A DNA stretch of 64,000 nt from Felis catus (taxonomy: Eukaryota). The translations under genes and the position numbers were made by a program. The stretch covers positions 99,450,001-99,514,000 of the forward strand of contig NC_058368.1 of NCBI RefSeq assembly GCF_018350175.1. Direction: 5' to 3'. This document shows positions 63,970-64,000 of the stretch, piece by piece (the first letter of the stretch is position 1; every line of letters begins with the position of its first letter). Under the pieces are notes generated by a model. That model was not told the origin of the DNA. It searched no databases and worked only from the letters and a program-made list of their open reading frames with translations.

Positions 63970-64000
63970 AGGGGCACCAGGGTGGTTCAGTTGATTAGAG
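63970..64000 (+). mobile_element. CanSINE 5' end (runs off the window)
   Basis: GGGGCACCAGGGTGGTTCAGTTG. Confidence 0.75.

Overview
This is AT-rich mammalian genomic DNA, almost certainly felid. It carries roughly 48 tRNA-Lys-derived CanSINE copies or fragments, three of which match the young feline SINEC_Fc type. The window looks like a long intron or intergenic region. Besides the SINEs it holds decayed L1 fragments (some nested), L2/MIR relics, MaLR/ERV1 solo LTRs, hAT and Tigger-type DNA transposon relics and microsatellites. I recognise no protein-coding gene; most ORFs in the track come from SINEs or L1, or look like chance. The most notable structures are: (1) a perfect 484-bp tandem duplication with a chimeric middle SINE, the signature of SINE-SINE unequal recombination (45289-46323); (2) a textbook recursive-splice/zero-length-exon motif, polyY-TAG|GTAAGT, at 61413-61420 in SINE-free sequence; (3) a twin-primed, 5'-inverted L1 (62218-62635); (4) a SINE-spacer-SINE composite inside one TSD pair (35965-36479); (5) a CpG-rich patch with a strong CTCF motif at the left end; and (6) several orphan exon-like units on both strands that may belong to unannotated, probably non-coding, transcripts. 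I found no convincing evidence of a new biological system. Repeat subfamily names are from recollection of consensus sequences, not from a search, and repeat boundaries are approximate.
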